Source: Somniosus microcephalus
Taxonomy: Eukaryota
Length of the DNA: 64,000 bases
Direction of reading: 5' to 3'
Assembly (NCBI GenBank): GCA_052327205.1
Contig: CM126225.1
Location: forward strand, 13,516,001-13,580,000
The notes below the pieces were generated by a model. That model was not told the origin of the DNA. It ran no database searches and was given only the letters and a program-made list of their open reading frames with translations. The translations under genes and the position numbers were made by a program. This document shows positions 1 through 12,390 of the stretch, in pieces; position 1 is the first letter of the stretch, and the number at the start of each line of letters is the position of its first letter.

Positions 1-60
1 CTGGTTCAACCTGAGACAATGGCCAGGGAGATGGAGCTGGTGGTGGGAGCCAAACACAAT

Positions 61-1918
61 GGCCCCGATTTTCGGCTTGTGTGGGGAATGGTCGGATTTC
101 CCCAAATGTGGGGTTTCTGACACACATAAAAAAGTGTCAGCCAGCTCCACGCAATTTTCCCCTCAAGTGGCCAATTAATTCCCAGCATGTGGGACGCCTT
201 GCTAATTGTCCAATTCGAGTCAGAAATCCCCACAGTATGATGTCATCATTCATGGTGCTTTCAAGGTCCATAGCAAGCACTGCATCCTCTGAAGGCTTCC
301 AAACGAACCATACAGGATGGCAGAGGAGCCTGCAGCAGCTGTGGCCAGTACCAGACGCCGAGCTGCCTCCAAATTCGACGAGGCTTCACTTCAGGCATTA
401 TTGGATGGGGTTAGGGCCCACAGGGAGGTCCTCTTCCCTAGGTCAGGGAGGAAGAGGCCTCCCACTGAGACCAATGCTGCATGGATGCAGGTGTCAGCAG
501 ATGCCAACTCACTGGGAGTCACCAGAAGAACCTTGGCATTACATCTTTATCGCCTTCCTTTACTCCCCCACAGTACCATCCAGAGCCCCTGTCCTCACTG
601 TGGAGGAGGAAGAGGCTGTGCAGCCAGACTCCTCAGAGGAAGCTCCAACCTCTGAGGGCGCAGCGTCAGCAGAAGTAAGCGCACCCAGCACCAGCGCAGA
701 CACTCACACCTTGGGGGGACCTTCGGGACATAGAGTAGTGTTGTCACCTGGTGTTTCACATCTCACAAGTGAGCCTCAGCAGATTCTGGAGACAGGGACA
801 GCAGTGGAGAGTCCTCGTTGGAGGGCGCAGGACTCTGCCAGCTCAGCTCAGCTGCGCTGCATGACGACCCTCTGCCTCTGGGTCCATCCGCAAGAGGTGA
901 TGGATCTCCATGCACAGATGCAGGAGTCTCTGGCAGGTTTTGTCTCCAGGGTCGCTGCGAGTGTGGAGCGAATGGAGGAGTCCATAGCGACCATGAGCAG
1001 AGCCTTTGTGGAGTCATTGGTGCATGAACGCAGCACCATGGAAAGGTTGGCAACCTCCATGGAGGAGATAACTCGCCAGCATACGGAAAACATGGTGAGC
1101 GCTCATAAGAGAATGACATCTCTTGAGGAGCGTTGGCCATCTGTTGAACAGAGAAACCAGATCTTCACGGAAGTCCTTCTGAGTAGGACTGCCAGTGCAG
1201 AAACGGGTCCCACTGGCCCCCTAAAGCGCAGCAAGGTGCTCTCAAGCCACTTCCAAGCGCTGGCCCCTTCTGGCTTGTGCAGCTTCAGGTGAGTGAGCAG
1301 CAGCCTGGTGCTCCTGGTAATCATCCTGCTGTTCCTGGTTCTGCTGCTGCCTCCTCTGCTGTTGGAGATCCTCTGCCAGGAAGGGAAGGTGCCAAAGACC
1401 TCCCATGCTTCTAGCAGATGCCTTGGTTGAGGAGGTCCTGAGTTAGGGTGGTGAGAGGGGCTTCCCAGGAGCTCACACTGAAGAAGTGTGTGAGGCTCCA
1501 ACTTTATGCAGCTGCTAAGGCTTCAAATAGTTCCCCCAAGCCTTGATCAACAAGGACCTGCAGCCTGCAAATGCTGCCTCTTTAAATCTCTTCAGCCCTC
1601 AGCGACCTGCTGCTGCAAGCAAGCAAGCCAGCTGTTTTCACGCCAGCTCTCATCGGCGGGGTTCCCCGCAGGCAGGTTTCAGGTGGGGAAAGCCCCAAAG
1701 TCACAACGGCACGGGAAAATCGTCCTTAACAAGGTGATCATTGGTGATTAGTGCTCCGACGAGCAGTCCCGCCAGCGGCGGGCGGGACTGAAGCGGGGCG
1801 CATGGAAACGGTGGTCCGAAAGTCTGACGGGGCGGGGAATCAGGCGGGGGGGCCCGACCCGCTGTTTCCGCGATTTTCGGACCACGGCCGCATGAAAAGC
1901 TGCCCGACAATCAGGGCC
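61..1918 (+). mobile_element. Internally deleted PIF/Harbinger DNA transposon (Myb/SANT gene remnant on +, probable transposase 5' remnant on -)
   Basis: TIRs ggccccgattttcgg / ccgacaatcagggcc and AAT duplication (58-60, 1919-1921). ORF from 317 (ASKFDEASLQALLDGVRAHREVLFP..TNAAWMQVSADANSLGVTRRT) is a Myb/SANT-like domain. Minus ORF 1406-1242 (MGGLWHLPFLAEDLQQQRRQQQNQEQQ..) resembles a Q-rich transposase N-terminus. Confidence 0.85.
317..1292 (+). pseudogene. Harbinger Myb/SANT-like gene remnant
   Basis: The Myb domain breaks off at about 532, before the W-x-Q-C-x-K helix, and joins an intron 3' end (polypyrimidine + ACAG| at 573). An open exon follows with an acidic/Ser-rich stretch and a predicted coiled coil (QEVMDLHAQMQESLAGFVSRVAASVERMEES). 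Confidence 0.75.
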
Positions 1919-2319
1919 AATGGGTTTGGTCTTCCCAATGTTTACCTGAAGGAAGCCACAACACTAGGGAAGTTAGCACACTTAGCACTTAACATGTATA
2001 GTCACTGTATAGCTGCCAAGAAATAGAATGCTGAACTACATCACCATGCTAAATCAATGGAGTCCAAGTCAGAGGATATCATTTTGAAACAGTACAGTGC
2101 TCTGGCGTGACCATACCTAGGGTACGGTGTCCAATGTTGATCACCGAGGCACGAGAGAATAGCTACAAGCCATAGGACTGATCCCGAGCATCAAATTATA
2201 TAGAAATTACAACATGGAAACAGATCATTCGGCTCAACCAGTCGATGTTGGTGTTTATCCTCCACATGAGCAGTCGTCCTGATCCCATGTGCTTGCTGGT
2301 TCCGTATCTCTGTGGCTGC

Positions 2320-4170
2320 ATGGATACGAAATTGGGTAAGGGACAGAAAGCAGAGAGTAATGGTGAACAGTTGTTTTTCCAGACTGGGTGGAAGTGTGCA
2401 GTGCTGTCACCCAGCGGTCAGTGTTGGGACCAGTGCTCTTTTTAATGTACATTAACGACCTGGACTTGGGTATACAGGGCATCATTTCAAAGTTTGCAGA
2501 CGACACAAAACTCAGAAATTTAGTGAACAGTGAGGAGGATAGCAAGACTTCAGGATGACATATACAGACTGGAGAAATGGGCAGACATATGGCAGATGAA
2601 ATTTAACACAAACAAATGTGAAGCGATTCATTCTGGTAGGATGAGGAGAGGCAATACCAACTAAATGGTACAATTTAAAGGTGATGCAGGAACAGAGAGA
2701 CCTAGGGATGTACGTACGTAAGTCTTTGAAGGTGGCAGGACAAGTTGAGACGGCTGTTAAAAAGGGATACAGGACCCATGGCTTTATAAATTGAGGCATA
2801 GGGCAGGATTTTCATTGGGCCATGGAGGCTGGATTGGAGGCATGTGGGGGGTTAAAATCTCAAAATCGAGGGGGGGGGGGGCACGAACCCATTCCGCCCC
2901 CATGCCAGTTTCAAAGGAGGCGGATACCTGACCTGTGCTGGGAGCCGCCTCCCCGAGGTGGGAAGGGGATTAGTGCCAATTAACTGCCTGTTAACAGGTA
3001 GTTAACAGGCAGTTTTTAGCCTAATCCCTATTTTTATTCCTGAAGTGTGGGATTCCCGACGGCTCCAAACCACGCCAAGTTAGCGAGGCGGACCGTCGGG
3101 CTGAAGGGTTCGAGATATCCATTGTTCAGATGAGTGATGGGTGCATGAGTGCAGAGGGTAAGTGTGTTTGGTGTGTGTAAAGTGATTAAAGAAGTTTTAC
3201 TTACCTTTACAGCCTTCCTTCCTTCAGGTCTTGGGAGTCCCTCATCTCACTGGCACAGAAAGCAGAATGGCCACGAGCTGCCAAAAGTTGCAGCATTCAG
3301 CTTTCTGTTCTGGAGAGATCTCTAAATCAGTCTGAGAGGAAGGAATCAACTTGGAGTACAGATTGTCAGTGTTTGACAGCTTCAAAGAGCTGTCAAATGC
3401 TGATATTTCATCTGTCAATCTGTGACACAATCTGTTGCCAGGTGGCCTTTAATTGGCCTGCTGGGCGGGCTCAACAAGGTCAATCAAGGGAAAATCGCGT
3501 GGGTTGGCCACAACTCGATGGAGGCGGGACTACAACCCTGAAAGTTGTAGTCCCGTGTCCTACACGCCTCCAGTATTAAAATCCAGCCCATAGAGTACAA
3601 AAGCAAGGAAGTTGTTAACCCTTTATAAAACACTGGTTAGGCCTTGGCTAGGATATCAATTCTGGGCACCACACTTTATGAAGTATGTCAAGGCCCTAGA
3701 GAAGGTGCAGAGATGATTAACTAGAATGGTACCAGGGATGAAAGACTTCAGTTATGTCGAGAACTAGAGAAACTGGAGTTGCTCTCTTTAGAGAAGAGAA
3801 GGTTATGGGGAGATTTGATAGAAGTGTTCAAAAATCATGTAGAGTTTTAATAGAGTAAATAAGGAAAAACTGTTTCCAGTGGCAAAAGGGTTGGTAACCA
3901 GAGCACACAGATTTAAGGTAATTTGCAAAAGAACCAGAGGCAAACAAGAGGAAAAATATTTTTACATAGCAAGTAGTTGTGATCTGGAATGTACTGCTGG
4001 ACTGGGTGGTGGGAGCAGATTCAGTAATAACTTTCAAAAGGGACTTGGATAAATACTTGAATGGAAAAATTTGCAGGCCTATGGAGAAAGAGCAGCGGAG
4101 TGGGACTAATTGGACAGCTCTTTCAAAGAATTGGCACACATGATGGGCTAAATGGCCTCCTTCTGTGCTG
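2320..4170 (+). mobile_element. CR1 LINE 3' part (RT and 3' UTR), interrupted by a MITE
   Basis: Degenerate RT motifs (SVLGPVLF..YINDL, ISKFADDTKL, WQMKFN) and CR1 3' end gggctaaatggcctccttctgtgctg. Confidence 0.9.
2801..3589. mobile_element. Harbinger-type MITE nested in CR1
   Basis: TIRs gggcaggatttt / aaaatccagccc and ATA duplication (2798-2800, 3590-3592). Removing it restores CR1 gaggcatagagtacaaaagc. Confidence 0.85.
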
Positions 4171-5269
4171 CATCATTTTCTGATGTTCAAACTTGTTAAA
4201 AGCAAATTCAGAACCATAAAGTTCTTCTAATAGTGATCAACAAAAAGAATTAGTGCTCCCAGACAGGGTAATGATAGGAAGAACATTGGAATCATTTAAG
4301 ATGCAGAAGTTATAATTGGGGTTGTGGGGGGTGCTTGTTTTATGGATGGCTGGAGCGGGGGAGGGGCGAATTTCATTCCTCATCCCTACTGGTGTTGACA
4401 ACGTTCAAATTCAAAGTGTTGTAAAAAAAAAGTGTTGAACGTCTGAAAAACTAGTTCTGTTGTACATTGCAAAACAACAGTTTTAACAGATACTAGAAAG
4501 GGAAGGCACTGTATAAAAAGTGAAGACTGCTGTGAATAGGAGAAAGAGCTGTGTGTGGTTCACAACAAAGCCTTATATCCATACTTCCTAGACTGTCCCC
4601 ATTTGATACCCTCCCAGATGACAAATTGCAGCTGCCTGTGGAAGTTTCAAATCTAGATAACTAGAAGCATGTTATAAGCATAAGGTGGTGTGATATGCTG
4701 CACATTCAATGAATAGTAAATTAATTAATCTGCTACAAATGTCAACTCCTTGTTTAGGCATTCAACAGGATTTTCCTATTATGAAACTGCCCGTCGCCCA
4801 ATCACACTTCTACCATTTAAGGCAGATCCCCAAACCTATGCTTTCACTAATAAGGGAAGTTCATTTTGTCCTGGCTTCCCATGGGCATTGCCATGACATC
4901 CACTAATAACTAATTTTAAAAAAAGCAGTCAACAAAGCGCAACACCAATAGCTGCCTCCTTGTAGTGGGAAATGGCTACTTACAAAACCAATGGTTATGA
5001 CACAGATATAAATCGACAACTTTAGAGTAAGCATAGCAATGATGCCCTATTTGAGCTAATCAAATCTTTCTTGGCACTCAGCAAAATTACCATTCCACCG
5101 TAGGAGTTTTCGCTCCCATCTTTCCCACCAATGTCCAATCTATCACTGGAAATAGGCTCCTTAGACCACCAGCAGTGACTGGGCCAGATCTTCTAATGTC
5201 CTTTGTTTCCACACTTGTAGATTTGCAGAGTGTTGCAAGGACAGCAGCAGTAGCAGAAATAAATAAAAG

Positions 5270-8123
5270 CAGAGTTCACAAATTATCCATACTTTATTGT
5301 TATAAAGGTTTTCTCCTATTGTACAGTAATATTCTGCATGTTCTTGTGACAGAAAGTTAAATAAAATATGCAGTTTATGCAATATGCTAGTTACATTTCT
5401 TGCTAGTTGTTATATAACATTTTAAAACAGATGGAGGAAGCTGCTTTGTAAGGGCGTTGGGGTGTTTAGGAGACAGAATTGAATCAAAAAGCTCAAGATC
5501 AAACAGAACTGACAACATGGGAAAACACTTATCAAAAGAAACGTAGTCCTTATTAAACACACCCTTATATCATGATTAGTAGTGTGCACTGAAACTGTGG
5601 CACTATCTGCTCAAACAGTGTTACTTGAATTTTTGTCATCGCCTGCGCTCAGACTGAAATAGTAATTGCGGAATTAGAACTCGGCCTGGTGATCTCTGAG
5701 GAAAAACTGGATTGACTCCTGCAATAAGCAAATGACAAATCCAAATGATCAATTCTACACAACTGATGATTGGAAGCAGATTTCCCCAATGGGCACGGCA
5801 TTCTGTTTTTATGGACTTGTGTGACAGTCTATTGCAAAGGCTTATAGGTTTTGGTGCATTTGCCTATAAATGGCTTGCATTCCCCGTAATGTTATCTGAC
5901 TGATAGGAACAAAAAGCAAACTCGTGTGAGATCTCGCTATACAAGTCTCCGAGCATCCTCGTACACACCAGGGCCTTTAATACTGTACTTTCCCCCCCTC
6001 CATATATAATACAATTGTTTTGAATATACATTTTTTTCCTAAATCAGTTTTGAAGAATTGCGTAAACGGAGTGGTTTTACTGGATGAAAATTCAAAAGAC
6101 TGAAACCACCCTGTAAACTGCTGATCTCAATCCAAATGCAAGCCATTTATAATTTCTACTAAAACAGAATTTGAAACATGAATTTAAAACAAATTCAATT
6201 AATTTTGTTATGCATATTGCAAGGCAGCAAGTGCATGTCACATTACTGTGTCAACCACAAGCATAACAATATAATTTGAAATGCAAACAGATTTAAGCCC
6301 ACGCCAGATACTTGCTATAAACAAAAAGGATGTAAAGTAAATTAACCTGGATCACAATGATGAAAAATTCAGTTTGATTTAATGATGTAAATATAGCTTC
6401 TGATATGCAGTTACCAGTGTAACAAACACTCAAGTGGTGGAGCCTTTTCAGACCTCCAGACACTCGTGACATTATTTTATGATGAAAAGCATTGCTAGCA
6501 GTAAAGCTCCCGAACTGTGGAGAAGGACAGTGAGCAAAACCTGGCTACTAAAGGCAACCCAGTGAGTAAAAGATACTCAACCTTGCAGAACTAAGCAGAG
6601 GTGATAATCGTATAGATGTCTGAATTGGTCTGGGAATAGAACTTACAGTAGGCGAGAGGTGATTATATTACCAGTATCACATTTTTTTCCTGGCATTAGT
6701 TACCTAAAAGCAAATTAACGGATTTTTTTTTCAATGAACATGGTGGTGACTGGTTAATCTAATCGATCAGTTATAATTCATGGAAATTTCAGTCAGTTCT
6801 CTGTGTCTGTATCCATTAGCTTATAGATTCACCAAACTCTCCCAAGCACCACTTTTTGCAGAGTTGCTCTTTCACTGAATACTTTGTATATGCAAAAACT
6901 CAAAATAAACCAAACTTCAAGAAATTTTACATTTACAGTACATAAAAACTTCAAAAAATACATGGGTTTTGGTAAAATATACATGCTTAATTTCTGCCAT
7001 AAACAGAAACTTATGATGTCTACCTTTACAAGGATTGCTTAACCTACAAACATATTTACACAAAGCACTATGTTAGAACAGTACCACAAAACCAAATGAA
7101 TTTATTCTTTAAAAAATATTATTGCAGTACTCTGCATGTATGTCATTGTTTTGGATGAACCTACAAAAGCAGCATCGCCTGTACAGAGTTCAGTGCAATT
7201 CTTTCCACTTTTTTTTAAATTATAACCTACAACTTATACAAAGCCTGTTGAGTTTTACAACAGCAATGGGAATAGACCTTTTCTCGCAAAGATTTTAGAC
7301 ATCTCTCCAAATTCCATTGCAACACCAAAGCTAGTTTAGCTGAAACGCGTTTGATTTTGAGAAGTTACGAAAAGGCTTCTCCATGCTTCTTTCAATACAT
7401 CAGGGCCCCAAAAACTGCATTCTCTCATTTACAATCCAAACTGCTGGAAGCGGCTATGCAGAGCTATTGGGGGCAATCACACTCGGGCTCCTCTTCTCGG
7501 CAAGCCACACTGAGGCATGACCTCCACAGATGCCAATCATTCACTTTATGAATATCTGTATACAAACCATGTTCCACTTTTCATGGTTACATTTTTGCAG
7601 CCATCACTGACCAGAAGTTATGGGATCACTCAGTTTCAACATCCATTATTAGGATTCTTGCATCACTCAACAAAACCACCCAATACCAACGACCCTCCTG
7701 CTCAATGCACACATTACAAGGATTCTATAAAATGGAGACAGATTGATACGGATAGGCATTTCTTTTTGCACTAAGGTGGGAGTTAGCAATGGAGGCCAAC
7801 CCATTGAATATAATATTGGTGCATTGTCACTTATAATTAAGGTATTTAATCTGGTGTCTTGTTGAGTAATGCACTGATGAGTTTTGGGACATCCACATAA
7901 TCAGTTCTAACTTTTTTTTTTAAATAAAGAAAATGGAAATCCCTGATATTACAAGCACACAAACTCTGCAACATATCCTTGGGCCTGAACTCTTTGGCTG
8001 TTGGAAAAAAAGATCAGTCTGAAATGCAACTATGCAGCATTTTCATACCAGACTAACTGTTGGTAGACTTATTTTGAGTGAAATGAAGCCAGATGCCAAT
8101 CTTTTCATTCACTGCAGCTTGCT
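5270..8123 (-). other. GPATCH8: Probable GPATCH8 3' UTR
   Basis: AT-rich sequence after the stop with no repeat I recognise. Minus-strand AATAAA at 7101-7106 and 5293-5298; the latter is followed by a U-rich tract. Pumilio-type TGTAAATA at 7053-7060. The 3' end is inferred. Confidence 0.6.
5293..5298 (-). terminator. Candidate distal polyadenylation signal
   Basis: Minus strand reads AATAAA-gtatggataatttgtgaactctgc-ttttatttattt: canonical hexamer plus U-rich downstream element. Confidence 0.5.
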
Positions 8124-11100
8124 TCAGGTGCCATGACTGGGAGGATGTTGGAGTTCCTGTCCTGAAAAGATAGGATGGAGAAAAGGATGGAGATGGAGAG
8201 CGGAGGCACCTGCTCCTGCAGGCCGAGGGGCAAAGAGAGCAGGATAGAGCGCATGTGGGACTGGGTGAAGGGCCAGGGGGCCTGCATGGATGGCTGACGC
8301 AGGTATAATATGTATTGGGTGGCTAGTCAGAAAAGTGGCAGGATGAGTAGGGTAAATAGACGGTGCGAGATGTGACAGAGAAATGGGCGTTAGGTGAGGC
8401 TGGGGTATGTGATGGATTTGAGCAAGAGTCTGTGGGTGTGGGTGTGGATGAATACCCATGGCAGCAGCCGCAGCTGCCTGATGTTGTAATATAGCATGGT
8501 GGACAGTGGTGATAGACGTCGCTGTTGCAGCTGCTGATGGTTGCTGAATATGAAATTGTTGGAGAGTTGGAACAGGAGCTAAGGCAGTTGAGGTAGGGAA
8601 AGTCTTCACTTGTTTAGCTAGAAGCTGTTGTTGGATGTGCTGCTGAGCTGCCTGTTGCAGTTTACTATACTTTTCCATTTCTTCAGGGGTGAATGTTATA
8701 GGCTGTCTATCAAGTGGGGCCATTGATGAATCTGCATCCTCTTGGGAATCCTCTTCAATTTCTTGCACTTCAGCCTGTGGAATATAATTAGAGAATGGCT
8801 CTGGATCTGGTGCAAAGTGCATCATAACAGCTTCACCAGCATCTGGTGGTCCTAATTCTGAAGGTTCTGTGATGACTTCAGTTGGTGTGGTTAAATCAGA
8901 AATGTAAGTATCTGAGATAGTTTGAGATTCCAATGCAAAACCTTTATGAAAAAACTGGGCTTCACAAGAAATTGGTTGAATGTTCTCACTTACAGCTAAT
9001 GTTTCTTCATTTTCAGATTTTTCTTCTCCAGTTTGAATCTCTCCTTGCACTGTCCAATTTGGTAGCTGACCGACTTCCTCCTTTGCCACATCTTTAGGCT
9101 CTGCGAGAAACTGCTCCTCTTCCTTATCCCCTTTCTCCAAGCAAATGTCTTCCATTTTCTTTGTTACAGGCTTTTTGATTGTAGGTAGTTTTCCTATTAA
9201 AGGAAGCAGTGCCTTATTGCCCAAAGCTGGGGGAAGTTTAGGCCCAAAATAACCCTGAGGGGGATCTTTTAGTTTAATTCCTACTTTATTAGATGCTGAT
9301 GCTGCTTCATTTTTTGTTTCGGCTTTCTTTTCAAACTTTTTAGACTGAATCTTTTCCAACAGCTGTTTAGCTGTTAAGGAGTTCCTTTCTTCTTGTGTTG
9401 GCTCATTTTCTAAATGCATTTTTCCTGTGCTGGTGGTGGTGCTGCTGGGATTTCTATGAAAATTACTGCCTGATCTTGTGCCATCCCCTTTGTTTTCTTC
9501 ATTTTTCAAAAAGTCACCTTTCTTCCCCAACAGTCTGCTCCTGCTGTAGCAGGGAGATTTTGACCGGTATACACGATCTCTTGAAAAGGACCTGCTGGAG
9601 TTCCTTCGACCGGACCGTCTATCACCAGAGCTATCATGGCTGTGCGATCCCTTGTCTCTAGAGATGGATCTCCGTGAGGTACGGTGCCGAGAGCTACCAC
9701 TGTGGTTGCGGCTATAGCTCCGGCCCCGTTTCCAGCTTCGCTGCGTTGTGCTCTGACTGCGCCGTTTGCTTCGGCTCCTGCTATGACTCCTACTACGAGT
9801 TCTACTTCGGCTTCGTGTTCGACTGATGGTCCGTGCGCTCGTCCGAGTTCGTGTTCTTCCCCTGCTGCTACATCTGGATCTGCTTCTACTTCGTCTATAA
9901 TCATCATCTGATGAGGAATATTTGTGCTTTTTGCCTTTGTGTCTTGATCTTCTATAGTCATAATCTGAATCATGAGAACGTTTAGAGCGATGTGACCTAT
10001 CACTGTAGTCGCTGTAACTATCAGAATAGCTTCTTCTACGACTGTATCTACTACAGTCTGAAGAGACATCGGACCCAGATGAATATGACCTATGTGATGA
10101 TCGCTGGGAGGATGAATGACGCCTCCTTGATCTTCTAGAGTAGCTTCTGTCACTTCTTGAATCATAATCATCACTGTAACGAGAAGAGGATTTTTGCCTG
10201 GATCGTTTTCTATGAGATTCATCATAACTATCAGATTCTTCATCTCTGCTGCTGTCTCGGCTCCTATGCCTAGTTCGACTCTCTTTCCGACTAGATACTC
10301 TTTTCCTTGAATCACTACAAGACCCTGTCTTTTGCTTTTTGCTACTGGGCTCCTCAGAACAATCTTCCTTTCTACTACTACTGCTATCTTCAACAGCAGC
10401 GGTTACATGTTGGGAATCTTGTGATCTGCGTCTTTTCTTCTGCACGTGGCTACTTTCTTCCATAGACTTTACTGTAGCCATCTGTACAGAGAGCCCTACA
10501 GCAGTGTTTTTGCTTTTCTCATCTATGTTTTTATTCTTGCGTTTATGCTTTTTCCTTTTTTTCGAATTCCCATCACGTGCTTCACCATCCTTCTGCTTAT
10601 CCTTTCCCTCATTATTTTTCTCCTTCAAGTGCTTGCCTGATTTTTTGTGCTTCTTTTTCTTTTTATGTTTGTGAGATTTCACGCTCTTGTCTTTTTTATT
10701 GGTGTTTCTGTCACTTTCACCAGCTTGGACTTCAGATTTGCTTACACTTGGGGAAGGCTGTTCTTGTGGCTTAATATCACCCTCAGTTGCTGTTGTCTTC
10801 AATGTGGTCTTCGATTCAGCTTCACTGGTGTTTATGCTAGCCTTGTCGAGTGAATCGTGATCAGTATTTTGTGTATTTGAGTTCTCGTGGTTTTTTTCTT
10901 TGTTTTTTCCTTTAGTATCCCTATTCCGTGCCAGTTTAAACTCAAAGTAGAGGGGATTGCAACTATAAGAGATGCACGGTTCACTCTTCGTAACCATCAA
11001 CAATTCTGAGGGCCACTGAAGAGTGGTACTTTCATCTTTGCTTAAGACTGGGAAAAAGGGCCCAGTCGGCTGTTTAGGCCCATTGAAGGCTTCTTCCTTT

Positions 11101-12039
11101 GCTGAACTGTTTTGTTTTCCTTCTTCACAAGCACTAGATTTTGCTGGCGTGGTCTCACAATTCTGCTTGCTTTCGGTCTCAGGGGACTTTGCTTCTTTAT
11201 CGGGCTCCGGGTCTGCTGTTTGATTGGCGGTGTCATCATCCTGTTGTACAGCAGGTGTCTCATTTTCCACACATTCTTCTCCTTTGCTTTCCTGAGGCTT
11301 CAAAATATTTTGTAAATCTGGGTTATTTTTTGTGGTCTCTAAATTTTTCTTAGTGCCACACTTATCTGACTCTTCTGTAGCTTTCATAAACAACAGAAAT
11401 GGGAAGTTAGGTTTCACTTTACAATGTGCCGGAGGAATGTAATGATAATACTCGGGTTCTGACTGACTGCTATCATCCTCTTTCTTCATCATCTTTTTCA
11501 ATTTTGATAAGGTACTATTTATAGAGTCATTATCACTTTCTGATTGACTAGCCCCTTCAGTCTTATCAGAGTTTGCTGTGGTTTCAGCCTCCATCAACTT
11601 TGGTGATCCTTGAGCGGAGGGCACTTTATCGTCGGGGCTTGCGGTTTCAGATTCATTTGACTCCTCCGCAACGTCACTGAATACTGAAGCTGAAAAGTCA
11701 AGCCTGACCGGTGCCTTTTTTGCAAAAGAAAATGACACTCCTAGCTTTTGTAAAGAAGTGCCAGAGTTGTTCTTAAGCTGGCTGATACTAAAAGGTTGTA
11801 CTGGCTGGTTGCTCTGACCTGAACCTGCAGAGCTTCCACTGACACAATGACCTGTGTTGTCAGCTTCTCCTCTACTATCTCCCAAAGTGCTGTCAGATAC
11901 GCTCCTGTTAACAGATGGTGACGTGGAACCACTCGTCTTTGCACCAGTGCCATCACTTGTGCTAACAACTTTCCTGTCATTAGCATCTTCATCGACAGCC
12001 ACAGTGGTAGCTCTGAACATAGGTCCGCTTCCTGGGGCG
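8124..12039 (-). CDS. GPATCH8: GPATCH8 terminal coding exon (3916 nt to TGA)
   Basis: Acceptor tttcttatacag|C completes TG|C (Cys), then APGSGPMF. Contains the 1298-aa ORF with GPATCH8 hallmarks LQKLGVSFSFAKKAP, EPEYYHYIPPAHCKVKPNFPFLLFM, GPFFPVLSKDES..LQWPSELL, a Lys-rich block, an RS domain, KLKDPPQGYFGPKLPP and C-terminal HPIFSGQELQHPPSHGT. The three exons total 4191 nt = 1396 aa plus stop. Confidence 0.97.
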
Positions 12040-12194
12040 CTGTATAAGAAACAAAGAACTACAAGTCAACTAATGCTGCAGATGACTGACTGATATTTTA
12101 GCTTCAACAAGCAATTCATTTTAGACAGATAAAAAAATCACAGGCATCAAGTGCTAAAGCTATAGAGAAGCACAAGTAGCAAGAAATATAAAGG

Positions 12195-12390
12195 AAAAAC
12201 TGCAAATGCTGGAAATTTGAAATAAAAACAGAAAATGCTGGAACACAACAGGTCCGTCAGCATTGGAGACATAGGTTAATGTTTCCAGTATAGACCCTTC
12301 ATGACTGTTCTGACAAGGGAGTCTGCACCAGAAACCACCTTTTCAGTTATTGATGGACCCGCTGTGCGCTTCCATTTTCTGTTTTTATTA
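12195..12390. mobile_element. Penelope-like fold-back (inverted pLTR) remnant
   Basis: Perfect inverted arms aataaaaacagaaaatg (12221-12237) / cattttctgtttttatt (12373-12389); the sequence resembles the common shark Penelope terminal repeat. Confidence 0.6.

Larger units (their letters stand above)
1..1955 (-). mobile_element. L2 LINE fragment (1-60 and 1922-1955) split by the Harbinger element
   Basis: The flanks join to gccaaacacaat|gggtttggtcttcccaat, matching the uninterrupted L2 copy at about 28460-28492 (gccaaagacaatggcttcggtcttcccaat). Confidence 0.8.

Noticed and set aside
81-1292. 403-aa ORF as an independent host gene
   Set aside because: It lies within Harbinger TIRs; its first part is off-frame read-through of the Myb exon and only the part after 573 looks like real transposon coding sequence.
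9506-10393. 295-aa alternative-frame ORF overlapping the RS domain
   Set aside because: Stops in this shifted frame need Leu/Val/Ile/Met codons in the main frame, which are scarce in R/S/K/D-rich sequence. It starts at a non-ATG codon and shows no recognisable domain.
9395-12093. Many short plus-strand ORFs antisense to the GPATCH8 terminal exon
   Set aside because: Shadow ORFs of a low-complexity coding exon.
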